Shown here: positions 1 through 11,557 of the stretch, piece by piece | Numbering within the stretch: the stretch's first letter is position 1 | How the letters are laid out: every line of letters starts with the position of its first letter | Assembly (NCBI GenBank): GCA_022813965.1 | Contig: JALDZS010000240.1 | Location: 1 to 32,163, forward strand | Length of the DNA stretch: 32,163 nt | Direction of reading: 5' to 3' | From: Toensbergia leucococca | Lineage: Eukaryota | The notes under the pieces: model-generated | The model's database searches: none | What the model was told of the DNA's origin: nothing | Seen by the model: only the letters and a program-made list of their open reading frames with translations | Translations under genes and position numbers: made by a program

Positions 1-777
1 TAAGACAATCTTAGTAGCTTTAGTAATAATATACTTAAGAGAAGATAATAAAGTCTTTACTAAAGATGATGACTCTGATAAAGTGCTGAAAGGTTGAGCT
101 CTTAAAGATAATCTGAAGAGACTGAGTTTATAGATAAGAGAAGGATTCTGTTGAGAATTTTGTCTCTTAGATGAGTAAGACTCTCAGTAAATGCTTTGAC
201 TTCTCTAAAAGAAAGAAGTAACATTGTGAAATCTCAACCTTATCAGTATGAAAGGCAGATACAGATAAAAATCAGAGAATTCAAAGTGAGTGAGCTGTAA
301 TAATAGCTGTAGTAGTCATTATAGTCATGATGTTATGAGATACATATGCGCTGTTAGATTCTTTAAACAAACACGTACTAATAACTTAGAGAATTATGAG
401 CTTCTATTCTTTAAAGACTTACTTATTCTTATATTAAGATAGTTTGTTCTTTATAAGCATGAAGAATATCTTAATATGACCCTTATCTGAAAGATTTAAC
501 AATAATACTACTGAATGAAGTCTTGATTATATTATATTTATAACTAGCTCACTAAGAGTTTAGAAATACAGTAAAACTATAAATATAAGTAAATGCTGAC
601 TAACTCACTAAATTACTAACTAATTTACTAAATCACTAAATCTACTTCTTAGTACAAGTCTATTTAACACAATGTGCTAGAAATTCTGCTAATAGTTATG
701 CTAGGTTTCTATTGATACAGATGTGTAAGAATGTCTCTTAAGTAGTAGACAGATAAAGAAGTGTCTTGATAAAGAGT

Positions 778-920
778 TGTCTTAACAAAGAAAATGTCTT
801 AACAAAGAAAATGTCTTAACAAAGAAAATGTCTTAACAAAGAAAATGTCTTAACAAAGAAAATGTCTTAACAAAGAAAATGTCTTAACAAAGAAAATATC
901 TTAACAAAGAAATGTCTTAA
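778..920. repeat. 17-bp tandem repeat (TGTCTTAACAAAGAAAA) x ~8.4
   Basis: Seven perfect units at 778-896, one variant unit (TATCTTAACAAAGAAA), then a partial unit. Looser versions of the motif flank the array. Confidence 0.95.
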
Positions 921-1051
921 GATGTTAGACACTTGATAGAATGTCTTATCTCTTCAATAAAGAAGATAATCTTACTTGTCTTAGACAAAGAAGTCTTTCT
1001 TTAAACAAAGAAGATAATCTAATAAAGGTTGATATAAACTGAGCTCATAGA

Positions 1052-1300
1052 TGTTAGAAGGGACTGATAAGATTGTGAATGTCAGTGTAGATGTCAGATG
1101 CTATGTAAAGTCTGTGTGAGAGACAGAATAAGTACACAGACTTTAAGTGAAGAACTAATCACATTTGATCCTAGTTCAAAACAGGCACGCTTTTGATGTT
1201 AGGTCAACACAGACACGCCACAACAAGAACGCTAAAACATCTCGCTAAAGTACCTGACGTGACATGAGCACGTACACCTGCATGCTAACAGATCTTAACA
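1052..1300 (-). repeat. Putative LTR (~249 bp)
   Basis: Bounded by TGTTAG (1052) and CTTAACA (1300), a TGTTA...TAACA terminal inverted repeat. On the minus strand it is followed directly by TCTATGAGCTC, which resembles the GGTTATGAGCCC primer-binding motif of fungal Copia elements. Confidence 0.5.
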
Positions 1301-1538
1301 TCTAGAGATGTAATATCAATTAAAGGGATGAAATAATAAAAGCAGTACCTACTCAAACATCTGAACTTCATAACAATGCATCTACAATGACGCTGAATGC
1401 GAGCTTGATTTTTCAAGAGACAAAATAACTCTTTCTAGTAAGGACTACACACTTAGGAATTCCAATGAACAACAGACCTTCCTCGCTCCGTGCAAACGTC
1501 TGAAAATCGCAAAACTACCGACACTCTTTTCAATTGCC

Positions 1539-3019
1539 TCACAACGACTCTTCAAATTTCTTAATTGCCTCATCGTTTTGTGCCACCATATCGCGGTGCC
1601 AGATCCAATGCATGCGGGTCTCAAGCTTCTCCCTCATCTTACGCAGATCATTTCCTACGCCTGGAAGTTTCATGGCAATAAGTTCCCCTGCTTCTCTGCT
1701 AGTCGTTACGATCTTTTGTGTCCTCGGTCGTCTTACTTGATCGAAAGCCGCAAATGCATTTGGGAGCTGCGCCACGCTGGCAACCTTTCCGACGAGAGTC
1801 TCGAGAACGAGAGCATCCTCGATTGCCATTCCCGCTCCTGTCGAAGTGAGGTTATTAAGAGAAGGCAAGCTGTATCATTCATAGGAAGCCCTCATACCTT
1901 GTCCTTGGAAGGGCGTAGTGGCATGTGCCGCGTCTCCCATAATGGCTACAGCACCTTTATTGTAAAAAGGTGCGGGAGCATGATCCCACAAGGCCCACGC
2001 AGCCAAGTCCGGTGTGTCAAGAAGCTACCAAAAGATGTTAGAATTTCCTCTCCTTGCCAGGAACTGGGATTGACTTGCTTCAAGGAGACCTTGCACTGGT
2101 TTTCCCCACCCCTCAAACTTGCGAGCCAATTCCTGATAGCTCGCTGGTACAATCCATTTCTCATGTCCCCATTTTTCATGTTCATGCTCCTCGTCCATCA
2201 CGACAATGTTTAAGATCTTACCAAAATCAACGGGATAGACCAGGACGGCTTTCCCCGGCCCACAAAACATCATCGAGTTCTGCGCAATCTCGGCGCCGAC
2301 CTTCTCGATTGCTTTGTCCATAGGCACAAGTCCCCTGTACACGACTGAGCCGGCAAAGACTGGCTTCACGGCATCGTGCGTCTCGCCCAGAACATAGGAT
2401 CGCAAAGCGCTGTGGATACCATCGGCTCCAACAACAGCATCAGCAGTAGCTGACGTGCCGTCTTTGAATTGCACAACAATACCCTCTTTCTCACCTTTGT
2501 CTTTGATATTCACAACTCGTTTGCCAAAATGCGCTCGCTGCGCAGGGACAAACTTGACGAGTTCATTGAGAAAGTGAGCACGATGTACGGATTGCATGCC
2601 AGTTGCGTTCTTTTGACCACAAATCACCTCGCCCTCGTGTTCTCCCGCGCCCTTCAGATATGTTAGTGCATTTTCTTGACAGGAGACGGTTGATATGGAA
2701 GAAATTCACATACAACTCTATACTCTGCGAACATATTGGCATGAGATGCCCATAAGTTCGCTGTTTTGTGACTGTCAAAAGCTCCTCTAGCTTCAGGTCC
2801 GATGAGCTCGAGAGCTCGCTGTGCATTTGGGCCTATGGCGACTCCGGCACCGATTTCGCCAAACGAAGCAGCAGCTTCATAGATCTGTACATCAATGTGT
2901 GGATATTTGAGAAGGCCAAGAGCGAGTGTCAGTCCGCCAATGCCTCCTCCTATAATAGCAACGCTGAAAGCTGTCTGCTGAGAAGATGCATTTGCGTGGT
3001 CGTTCGGTACGCTGGCCAT
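1539..3019 (-). CDS. FAD-dependent monooxygenase, salicylate hydroxylase-like (~434 aa, 4 exons: 3019-2714, 2651-2079, 2024-1898, 1837-1539)
   Basis: Rossmann motif [11 protein letters not shown]...YE, EIGAG, DG motif [12 protein letters not shown], and GD motif [23 protein letters not shown] spanning exons 3-4. Introns 2713-2652 (GT-AG), 2078-2025 (GC-AG) and 1897-1838 (GT-AG). The spliced frame is open (1305 nt). Confidence 0.92.
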
Positions 3020-3779
3020 TGGTAAGTGCAAGGGTGACTTATGCTAAACTGTATCAGTTGACTCAAGTGAAAGAGATGGGTGAATGAGGTTAAGCGGATG
3101 TCTTGTCTGATTGTCTGAATTCTTAACATCTTGGATAGGAGGTGCGGTCTCTTTAAATGCTCAAGCTGGGGAACAGTTGCTGCAGTGTGAGGAGGGCATC
3201 CAGCTTCCTACTCTGACTAGCCGATCATCCAAGTTGACATATCAGGGCGCTGGGGCCACGGAAATCAAACATGGAATTCCGAGAGCCCGCAAGAGTCTCC
3301 ATGGTAAATTGAGATGGCATTTCGGCCTTTGATTCGCAGGTGGAAGAAAAGACGCATTAGTCGTATGCAGAGAGGGCAAGTATCCCAAGATGGAATGATG
3401 TATTGAAGCATATGCTTTCTGCAGAACCCATGTTTGGGAGCCTCGTGGAGGGTATTAGATGCTGAACTGGCTCGCGGGAGCGCCGGATAGCAAGCAGAGG
3501 CGATACCATTTACACACGGCCGAGAGAGGCACAGAATTCCATCGGCAAACACTACAGCGATCATCACCAGCTTTGTCCCTCAAAGACTTCATCCAGCGGC
3601 GATCATCAGATCAGGATGTCTGTGGTTGACATTTTCCGTTGACGCCGAAGGTAGTAATTCGTGCCATGGTCGAGGCCGATGACCGATCGGCCAAATTGAG
3701 CTGAAAGTCCGAGATTTATGCGCGAAGGCGCGAACCTGGAAAAACGGCAAATTAGCCTCATGAAGTTCTGAAAACATCT

Positions 3780-4450
3780 TTTTAACAAAGAAAAAATCTC
3801 AATTTGACTGTTTCATACACTATTCTTTATTAATATTTTTTAAATGAGTGCGTAGATAGAACTATAAGCATATAACTCATTCAATCAAGATTCAATAGTC
3901 ACATATCTTTCTCAATTTTTAATTCAAACGTCACACACTGATTTTAAGACACACTGATCAATCCTTTATACTCTCTATGTATTTCTCTCTCTTTTTTACA
4001 TTTATTCATCCATTCTACTTACTTACTCACCTTATCACTAACATCTCTCTCTTTGAAACAAACACACAAAACAGCTTTATTATCTCTCTCTTTATTTATT
4101 TTTCTCTCTCTCTCTCTCTTTTCTCTTCTCTTCAGCAAAAAATAATAACAAAAAGGGTCACAGAACTAGTCTCAGAATATCTCACATCTTAGCACATGAG
4201 AAATATAAGACAATAACATCACAAACAATCACAAAACAATTCTCTCAACACTTATAGCTCAGTCAGCTTAGCTTTAGTAGTCAGTCAGTCAGTCAGTCAG
4301 CTACTAAAGAAGCATGATCAAGCTCAAAATGCACAAATCTCAAATCTTAAATCTCACTCTCTCAAAAGAAACTTTTCATTCCCCTAACTTCACAACCCCC
4401 CCCCCGGGCCCCCTCAAAAAAATCTCCCTTAGTTTCCCAATGGGCAATTT
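3780..4450. other. AT-rich, CpG-depleted, G-poor island (probable hypermutated repeat or gene relic) containing CT tracts and (AGTC)5 at 4279-4300
   Basis: Abrupt compositional shift from the flanks, almost no CpG or GG on the + strand. No TIR, LTR or protein motif recognised. Confidence 0.4.
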
Positions 4451-5015
4451 AGCAACCTCATGGTTTCCTCAACCCTCAAACCTCAAAAAGACAATGCTGT
4501 TATAGCTACTAGGCCTCCATTGCGAGACCCCGCCCCCCCCAAAAAAGAAAGAAAGAAAACCATGAACTTGGCCGTGGATCACTGCTTGGAGCGGCGAAAG
4601 CGCTTGATGCTGCTGTTTTTGGAGAACGAGCGCCGAATAGATGGGGGTAGAAGAGGAGAAGAGAGGCGTGGGAAATCGAGTGGGGTGGGTTTTATGTGGA
4701 GCGTGAGGGGCAGTTGTGTTGTGTTGTGGACCTGACATACGGGTAATGTTTGATTTTTTTTTTCTTCTCCTTCTTGCGAGGTATGTAGATAACGTTACTG
4801 CTTTGATTTATGGATTGCCAGACTAGAGAGAAAGCTCTGATGGTTGGTTCATCGAAGTACGAGTCGTACCCCAAAAGGTAACAGCGACAGCAATCACGAG
4901 GACATGACTATCAACTAGCCGGACTCCCCAGTAACCTCCACGATACTTACTTGCTGCCTATACTGAATCATATGTACATCCCTTCCTCAACCTGGCACCG
5001 TATCAACAAGCTCGC

Positions 5016-6173
5016 TCAGTCATCCATAGCCATCATACTCAGAGCATCAAGTTCTAACCGAATCAGCCGCTCGAATTCAGGCTTTTCCATCCCCGTGCCC
5101 CGAGCCAGCCGGAACAGACTCTTGATACTGGTGCTGACGTGCTGCCGGATTGAGACTTCGGCATGCGATTGTACGGCAGCTGAGTCCTCTAGCCGTGACA
5201 CTGTGGCCGTTCCACTTCCCGCTGATGAAGGTCTTGGGTGAGTGAGGCCTGGCTCGGGATCATGGTCATTGTGACTTTCCGGAGATTCTCGCGCATGTGA
5301 GTTTGTGGTATGGTTGATTGATTCTGGTTGATTCACAGAAGATGTCACCTCATTGCCGCTTAGCGATGACTCCCCTACCGCGTCACGATCCTCCGAGGGG
5401 TCGTCATTGTCAAGAGCTGGCTGTACTTGGGCATACTGTGCATAATACTCTGCATCTGACGTAGCTCTTGTAGGTCGGCTTGCATCTGACTTACCGTTCA
5501 GAGTAGGTGACTTCTTCTGCGCAGGCGTCCTTCCCGGTGTGTTATCATATTGTGCCCAGTAATCATCGTCATCATCTTCCCAATTGGCGTCCACATCGGG
5601 AGCTATAGTCTTTTCAGAGTATGCAGCCTCCTCCAAAGCTTCCGCCATCATTATTTCCTCGGCTTTCTCGTCTGCTTTGGTGATTGTAGGCCACCAGAGT
5701 TTCGCACTCTCTGATCCAGGTTTTCGAGGATTCAGTGGCATAACCTCTGATACCCTCCATCCATCTCCTCCACCTTCTTGGTCTCCTACGCACCAGAGGT
5801 AAAGCACATCTAATTCCAGATCTTTTATCGTAATTCTTGCCTGCAAAGTCTCCTCGTCCAAACGCCTGTATTGTGTTTCGTCTGCAGCCAAGAATTCCAC
5901 CTCACCCGACACAGGATGCAATTCAAAAGCATCACTTTCTACGATCTCTTTCAATTGTTCTCCAGCTTGGGACTCCCAGCAGAGTAATGGCAACCATGAG
6001 TCTGATGGGGATGTTGAGCTAGCCGAGAGGAGTTGAACTCGCTGTCGAAGTATAGGTGAGAGCAGAGGTATTAATGCTGGGGGTGGTCGAGGTGCAACGA
6101 AGGCGGTAGGTAAACAGGCAAGGAGTGGTGGTAATAAGGTTCGAGGATCTGGAGGTGGAATAAAGCGGACCAT
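5016..6173 (-). CDS. Conserved hypothetical fungal protein (385 aa, intronless)
   Basis: Long ATG-initiated ORF with a Pro/Leu-rich N-terminus (PPDPRTLLPPLLACLPTA), an acidic DDDDDYWAQYD motif and a helical C-terminus (IRQHVSTSIKSLFRLARGTGM). No function recognised. Confidence 0.85.
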   Translation of the reverse strand: MVRFIPPPDPRTLLPPLLACLPTAFVAPRPPPALIPLLSPILRQRVQLLSASSTSPSDSWLPLLCWESQAGEQLKEIVESDAFELHPVSGEVEFLAADETQYRRLDEETLQARITIKDLELDVLYLWCVGDQEGGGDGWRVSEVMPLNPRKPGSESAKLWWPTITKADEKAEEIMMAEALEEAAYSEKTIAPDVDANWEDDDDDYWAQYDNTPGRTPAQKKSPTLNGKSDASRPTRATSDAEYYAQYAQVQPALDNDDPSEDRDAVGESSLSGNEVTSSVNQPESINHTTNSHARESPESHNDHDPEPGLTHPRPSSAGSGTATVSRLEDSAAVQSHAEVSIRQHVSTSIKSLFRLARGTGMEKPEFERLIRLELDALSMMAMDD

Positions 6174-6757
6174 GGTTAGACGGTGAGCTGTGGCAAGTAG
6201 TAGAGCAGACTATTTCTGTTTTAGTCAGTCAGTCACCAAAATGAAGGTGTACAGCATTGGAAGGGTGCTCGTGTTTGAATCTTTGGAGCGGTCCTTGCGA
6301 GCGAGGACTCAAGATAGCTAATTTGCAGAGGTTGCATTACTACGTTCCCTTCATCCGACGGTCAGATATTCAGCGAGATTCCTGAAGGGCAATGAGGAAG
6401 CCATCTCTTCACACCTGTTCAATTGAACAAAGAGAGCCGCAGCAGATAGGCAGAGTATCAAGCTACAAAGTCTTCTGTCTGTTCCGAGCTGTCAGAGACT
6501 GGTGCACGTGTGGAGGATGTTGTTCCAACTCTTTTTCACGGGCAACACGGGGCTCGGGAGATCTGCAGCTAGCGTTTAGGGCTTGAGGCGAGAGGGCTTC
6601 TAACGTCTTCATGTGCTTCGTTCAACTCGACAGGTGCTGACATAATTTCGTCATCAATTTGCACCTTCATGTATGTTGATCTTATGCCAGTCATCGTCTT
6701 TCTTATCACTCCCCTCACTGCCACCATGCCTGATATTCCTTAACATATGCTGGCAAA

Positions 6758-8821
6758 ATGTCCACCAAGTCCTTTATCTCCACCGACGCAATCTTTGATG
6801 ACGAGAGACATGAGACAACGCCCTCTCAACAGACAGAGGACGACATTGAAAGGGAGAATGAGAAGAAGTTACGGCTAAAAGTTGATATACGATTGTGCAC
6901 AATCGCAGGAATCCTTTGCAGTTTGAACCTACTAGATAGTGGCATAATATCTAGTGCGTCTGTTACTAGCATGCTCGATGACCTTGGCCTTCAAGGAAAT
7001 CGCTATTCCGTGTCCATTTTCATTTTCACCGTTGCCAGTGTGTGCTTTCAACTACCAGCTACTATTGCCGTGCGTGTCATTGGTCCTCGAATATTCTTAG
7101 CTTTGACTACCTTCTGCTTTGGCTTGATCACGCTAGTACGTTTATTGGACTTGGCTTTGGCATGAGATCGCTGAAAACATGCAGTGCACGGCGTTCATAC
7201 ATGATTGGAAAGAAATGATTGCAATGAGAGTTTTATTAGGAATCTCCATGGTATACGAGTCTTCTATGAAAAGAACGGGTAGTGTCTAATCGTGGCCATA
7301 GTCTGGCATATATCCGGGACTCACATTACTGATATCAAGCTGGTATACAAGAGGTAAGATCCCGCACTTTTCGTGGAGTTTATGATACCGACCGAAAGCA
7401 GAGGAACAACAACTACGATTTGCGTTTCTGCAAAGTGGGGAGGTAATCATCTTGGCTACTGGCGGAATTGTTAATTTTGGTGTATGTATCTCTGCCACTT
7501 CCGCCAATAATGAACTGACGTGATCAAGTTGAATCATCTAGATGGCCGAGGGGGTCTCAAAGGCTGGCAATGGATGTACCTAATTCAGGGACTAGTAAGT
7601 TCACACTGTGTGTCTGACCTCTGAGCTTACTAGAATACTTTAGGTGGCTTGTATCATTGGTTTCATCACTTATTGGTGGATGGTCGATTTTCCAGAAAAA
7701 GCTCATTCAAGCTTTCACTTCCTGAGCGACACCGAAACCGAGGTAGCGGTCAAGCGTATTCAACGAGATCGTGGCGACGTTCAGCCAAACCCTTTCACTT
7801 GGTCCGAAATCTTGCGGCACTTCCTTGATCCGAAGATATACGGCTTTGCCGCAACTTTCTTTTTACTCGTGAGCGCTTGAATGGATCCCTCATAGGATGC
7901 GCTGATGTAATGGTGGTAGAATCTGGTATCAACAGCGCTTTCGTACTTCCTACCGATCATGTAGGATCTTCGGGGTGATCGACATCCTTGCGAAGCTGAT
8001 GCAGATTTAGTCTTCAAGGAGGCATGGGCTTCACTGCGAACCAGGCAATATTACTTTCTGCCCCAGTAATTTCAGCAGAGAGGCCCTTATTCGAAAGTTC
8101 CAGGACTGACTTTAACAAAGCCCTACTATTATGCTGTCATTCCAGTCTTACTTTCCTCTCGAATAGGCGACAGTATATCTCCCATTCCATTCCGGGTACC
8201 CAGTCCAGTACACTAATACAGACTAGAATACCATCTCCGAGGCCCCATCATAACTTTTAACTCCCTATGCCTCATCGCAGGTTTCAGTATGCTAGGCTTC
8301 TCTAACCAAGTTACTGTCCGTTATATTGGAGTCTATCTTGCAACAGGCGCATATATCTCCAATTGGGCAGCATTGAATAGCTATCAAGCCAATAACATCA
8401 CCGGGTAATCTTTACTTTCATGAAAAGGTACACCGTATGACTGCACGACTAACAGCCGCGTAGCCAATGGAAGCGTACCGTGACAGCAGCTGCTGTGACT
8501 GCATGTAATGGTCTCGGCGGTATTGCAGGTAGCTTTATCGTGCGTCAAAATGAAGCACCGCGGTATTTGACGGCAATATGGGTATCCATTGGGTAAAGTA
8601 ACTGTCAAGAGAAGGTTTACCGTATACTGACGAGAGTTCTAGGTCACACATACTCATGATCTGTTTTATTATGGTTTTCTCAGTATATTTTTACATGGCC
8701 AACCAAAAACAGAAGAAGGACAAGAAAATCATTGAATGCACTGTACATTATAACCAATCTAGAGTTCGGAATAGTTTCTGGCTAATTCAAGGCTTAGGAA
8801 GGGTTCCGTTATACATACTGA
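6758..8821 (+). CDS. MFS transporter, anion:cation symporter (Dal5/Tna1-like) family (~481 aa, 13 exons: 6758-7135, 7185-7250, 7302-7353, 7402-7481, 7529-7594, 7644-7868, 7920-7960, 8011-8065, 8121-8172, 8227-8404, 8464-8592, 8643-8742, 8798-8821)
   Basis: Family motifs EKKLRLKVD, LISSWYTREEQQLRFA, GLKGWQWMYLIQG, VDFPEKA..FLS..E, ANNITGQWKR and terminal FRYTY*. All 12 introns are GT-AG (about 47-59 nt) and the spliced length of 1446 nt is in frame. Confidence 0.9.
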
Positions 8822-9842
8822 GCTCATGAAGTATTGATATTGCCAAAGTATCTAGTTCCACATCGGATTCAACCTCAAATTTTACTGTCGTTTAGACTTG
8901 AACATTTTCATCTCGAGGCATTATATCAACGGACTAGTTCTCACCGATCATTGTTCCGCCGCTACACCAGTCATGCCAACAACTACTACTCCGTATTGGG
9001 CCGCTCAAAATTAGCCCAAGCCCCCTCTCCTAATATCAAAAGACCATATGCTGTTCTCCAAACCATCATAAACACACCGTCCCTCCTCTTTCCCCTGTTC
9101 TTTCCCTGTTGTCCGAAAGTTTCACCCCTCCTTTCTTTCATAAGATCCTCTGCAGCTGCGCCTCTTGTCATGAACTACACAGTCCGAAGATTGAAATGGT
9201 ACATACAAGCTTAGCAAGGTCCACCACGGTCTTCGAACGCCACACCTTTTTCCTCTCTTGAAAACAGTTTGAACAAGGTATTCTGAAAATTCACAGCATT
9301 TCTTTACAGAAATACAAATTAAGTCTCAATAAATCAGGATCAAACTTTACCACTACATCCTCTCAATCTGTTAAATCAATTCTGCACTCAATGATGCACT
9401 GATACAGACCCCTTGCTCTTTGTTTCTGAGAAGGCCTAGTGGATTATTAAGACACAAGTAAAAGTATCACAATCAAGTTAAATCGTTCCTTCTACAGAAG
9501 CTCCTCATTCAACCAAACTTTCAATAAATGAATAGCCAGGATCATGGACTCTAGCTCAGCGGCTCCAATGGCATTAATCCAAATCCGAATTTGGCAACCC
9601 ACCTCTCTCTTAGGTCTAGTGGTTTGTTAATCCTCAGACCTGTTTCAGCTTCTCTCACATTTCTACCTCGCCCATGCTCCAGCGCCAGCACAACCCCCCG
9701 GCCCTAGCATCAAAAGAAAGAGCTCATCAGGAAACGTATCTTGTGCAAAAAAAAAACCATCATTATCATCAAATCGAAAAAAAGCTCGGTATACTCAGTT
9801 CCGCAAAACCACTCATATCCTCCACCCCACCCCCGCAACCCA

Positions 9843-11429
9843 TCAACAAGACCACTCCCTCCCCCCAGCCTCAAAAGGAAAATCCCTCCCATTGACCTCA
9901 CCCACCCTCTCCACAGCCCTCACCTCAACCGGATTCTCCCAACTACCCGCTTTCGCAAACCCACCAACTTCAACCGGCTTCTCCTCGTATGCAACCGCAG
10001 CAGGTTCAGCAGCAGCACCTCCAAAAGTCTGCGGTACGAATTCATAAGCATCCTTATGCTCCTCTTTAGCAGCCACGTTGCTGCAACATCCAAGCCGGCG
10101 TCGGCGGCGCAGATAAAAAACGACACAAGGCGTAAGGACAAAGGGAATCACACTCCCAAACACCGCTCCCATAATGCCGCCGATGTTATTGCCGTTACCA
10201 CCGCTATGGGAGGAAGTGCCGTTGCACACGGTAACGATATCATGATCTTGATCGCCCATGGGCCCAACAACAGCGGGAGCGAGACTGAAGACCTGGTTCT
10301 CGTAATCGACTAGGAGGTAGTTCAGTGAGAGATAGATGCCTCCGAGGATCGGCACCACCTCGCTCGTGACGCTCTCGTTTGCGCTCAGGGGGACCGTGAT
10401 AGCCGAGGCGTTGATGACGGTGTATTTGCCCTCGGAGTCCGTGCCGCGTTCCTGGCTGACGAGCTCGTAGTGCGGGATCGTGGTCTCGTACCCGTTCGCT
10501 AGGGTGATGGATAGGTTTCCGAAGAGAGGCTCGGCTGAGGCTGGGTATGTGGCTTGGCTGTTTGATAGGTCGGGTTGGAGCGTCAGGTTGATGAAGCGGT
10601 CGTACATTGATTGTGTGAGGGTGAATCCGTTTTGTAGCGGATCGAGACATGCGGCTACCGTGGCATCCGAGTCCAGGAAGAGGGAAGAAGAACCGTTGAT
10701 ATTGTTTAGCCGGATATCTTTGATGAGGACTTGGAGAGGGCATGGCGCGTCAAGGTGTTGGGTTTGCATTGAGAAATTCGTCCAAGGGCCGTTGACTCTT
10801 GCCTTGTCGTACCCGCCGATCGTCACGTTGCCATCCACGCCCTGAAGCTGCGATCGACTACCGAAGAAGATTCCAAATACCCTTGACGGTACCTTTCCAG
10901 CTTGCAAGAACCAATCCAAGAAGGACGACTCGGGCCCAAACGCCAGCCCGCTCTTGTTATCCGAAGCTAGGTCACTCCACACCTCGAGCGGAAAGCCAGG
11001 GATCGGGCCAGTGCCATAAAATTCGGCCTGATCCCAGCCTTCGACTACCGTCTCTCCGCCCTCGTGCGGATCAACAGTCGAGACATTCCAGTCTCTCGGG
11101 GCAGCAGCTTGCCAAGTCGTCGACCTTTCAACGTCGAAATCACTGCCGCTCGCTCCAGCGCAGCCAGTCTCGGCTGTTGCATTACCTTCTTCGCAATCTC
11201 GAATGTTCCTCACGCGGGTATTGTTAATAATTGTAGAGATGCGCAAGCCGAGAGGCTCGCCGCCAATCTGGACAAAGATACCTCGATTGCGAGCTACAGC
11301 ATCGCCGAGTGTGTAATTTGTTAGTGGAAGGGAGCGAGGTAGGATACTGCAGTCATTTGCCAGTACTGCCTTTAAGCAGAACACTGACACAATGCACAAT
11401 AATGTCAGGGTTTGAGAAGTCGAAGACAT
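9843..11429 (-). CDS. Secretory-pathway, single-pass membrane pepsin-like (aspartic peptidase A1 fold) protein, probably non-catalytic (528 aa)
   Basis: N-terminal signal peptide. A1-fold landmarks VPSRVFGIFFG, VTIGGYDKARV, PILGGIYL and LLVDYENQVFSLA. TM helix IGGIMGAVFGSVIPFVLTPCVVFYL followed by RRRRR. No D[TS]G motif is present. Confidence 0.8.
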   Translation of the reverse strand: MSSTSQTLTLLCIVSVFCLKAVLANDCSILPRSLPLTNYTLGDAVARNRGIFVQIGGEPLGLRISTIINNTRVRNIRDCEEGNATAETGCAGASGSDFDVERSTTWQAAAPRDWNVSTVDPHEGGETVVEGWDQAEFYGTGPIPGFPLEVWSDLASDNKSGLAFGPESSFLDWFLQAGKVPSRVFGIFFGSRSQLQGVDGNVTIGGYDKARVNGPWTNFSMQTQHLDAPCPLQVLIKDIRLNNINGSSSLFLDSDATVAACLDPLQNGFTLTQSMYDRFINLTLQPDLSNSQATYPASAEPLFGNLSITLANGYETTIPHYELVSQERGTDSEGKYTVINASAITVPLSANESVTSEVVPILGGIYLSLNYLLVDYENQVFSLAPAVVGPMGDQDHDIVTVCNGTSSHSGGNGNNIGGIMGAVFGSVIPFVLTPCVVFYLRRRRRLGCCSNVAAKEEHKDAYEFVPQTFGGAAAEPAAVAYEEKPVEVGGFAKAGSWENPVEVRAVERVGEVNGRDFPFEAGGREWSC

Positions 11430-11557
11430 GAGTAGGGTTATCAGCGGTGAAAGGGATGGCCTGAAGAGTTTCCATGGTAAAAAGCGTAGCCGGCAATAGG
11501 TAGCAATTAACTGTTTGCATATGCGGGCATAGCCACCTCCAAGCCGGATGTCACTTT

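Larger units (their letters stand above)
1..1300 (-). mobile_element. Heavily mutated LTR-retrotransposon relic (one LTR plus adjacent internal sequence; continues beyond the window's left edge)
   Basis: Very AT-rich, almost no CpG and few CC/GG, no ORF of 60 aa or more. Ends at ...GATCTTAACA (1300), a typical TG...CA LTR terminus. No retroelement protein motif could be read, so the class is inferred from the termini. Confidence 0.55.

Noticed and set aside
778..920. Regular repeats resembling a CRISPR array or telomere
   Set aside because: Units are head-to-tail with no unique spacers, no cas genes are present, the context is eukaryotic and the motif is not telomeric.
1578..2323. Plus-strand ORFs of 211 and 89 aa
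   Set aside because: Antisense to the FAD monooxygenase exons; no motifs.
8834..9700. CpG-poor stretch with short ORFs and a protein-like minus-strand frame (EVGCQIRIWINAIGAAELESMILAIHLL..)
   Set aside because: It may be another decayed gene, but there are many stops, no recognisable motif and no boundaries to support a call.
9741..11324. Plus-strand ORFs (190, 121, 142, 86 aa) over the pepsin-like gene
   Set aside because: Antisense shadows of a GC-rich coding region.
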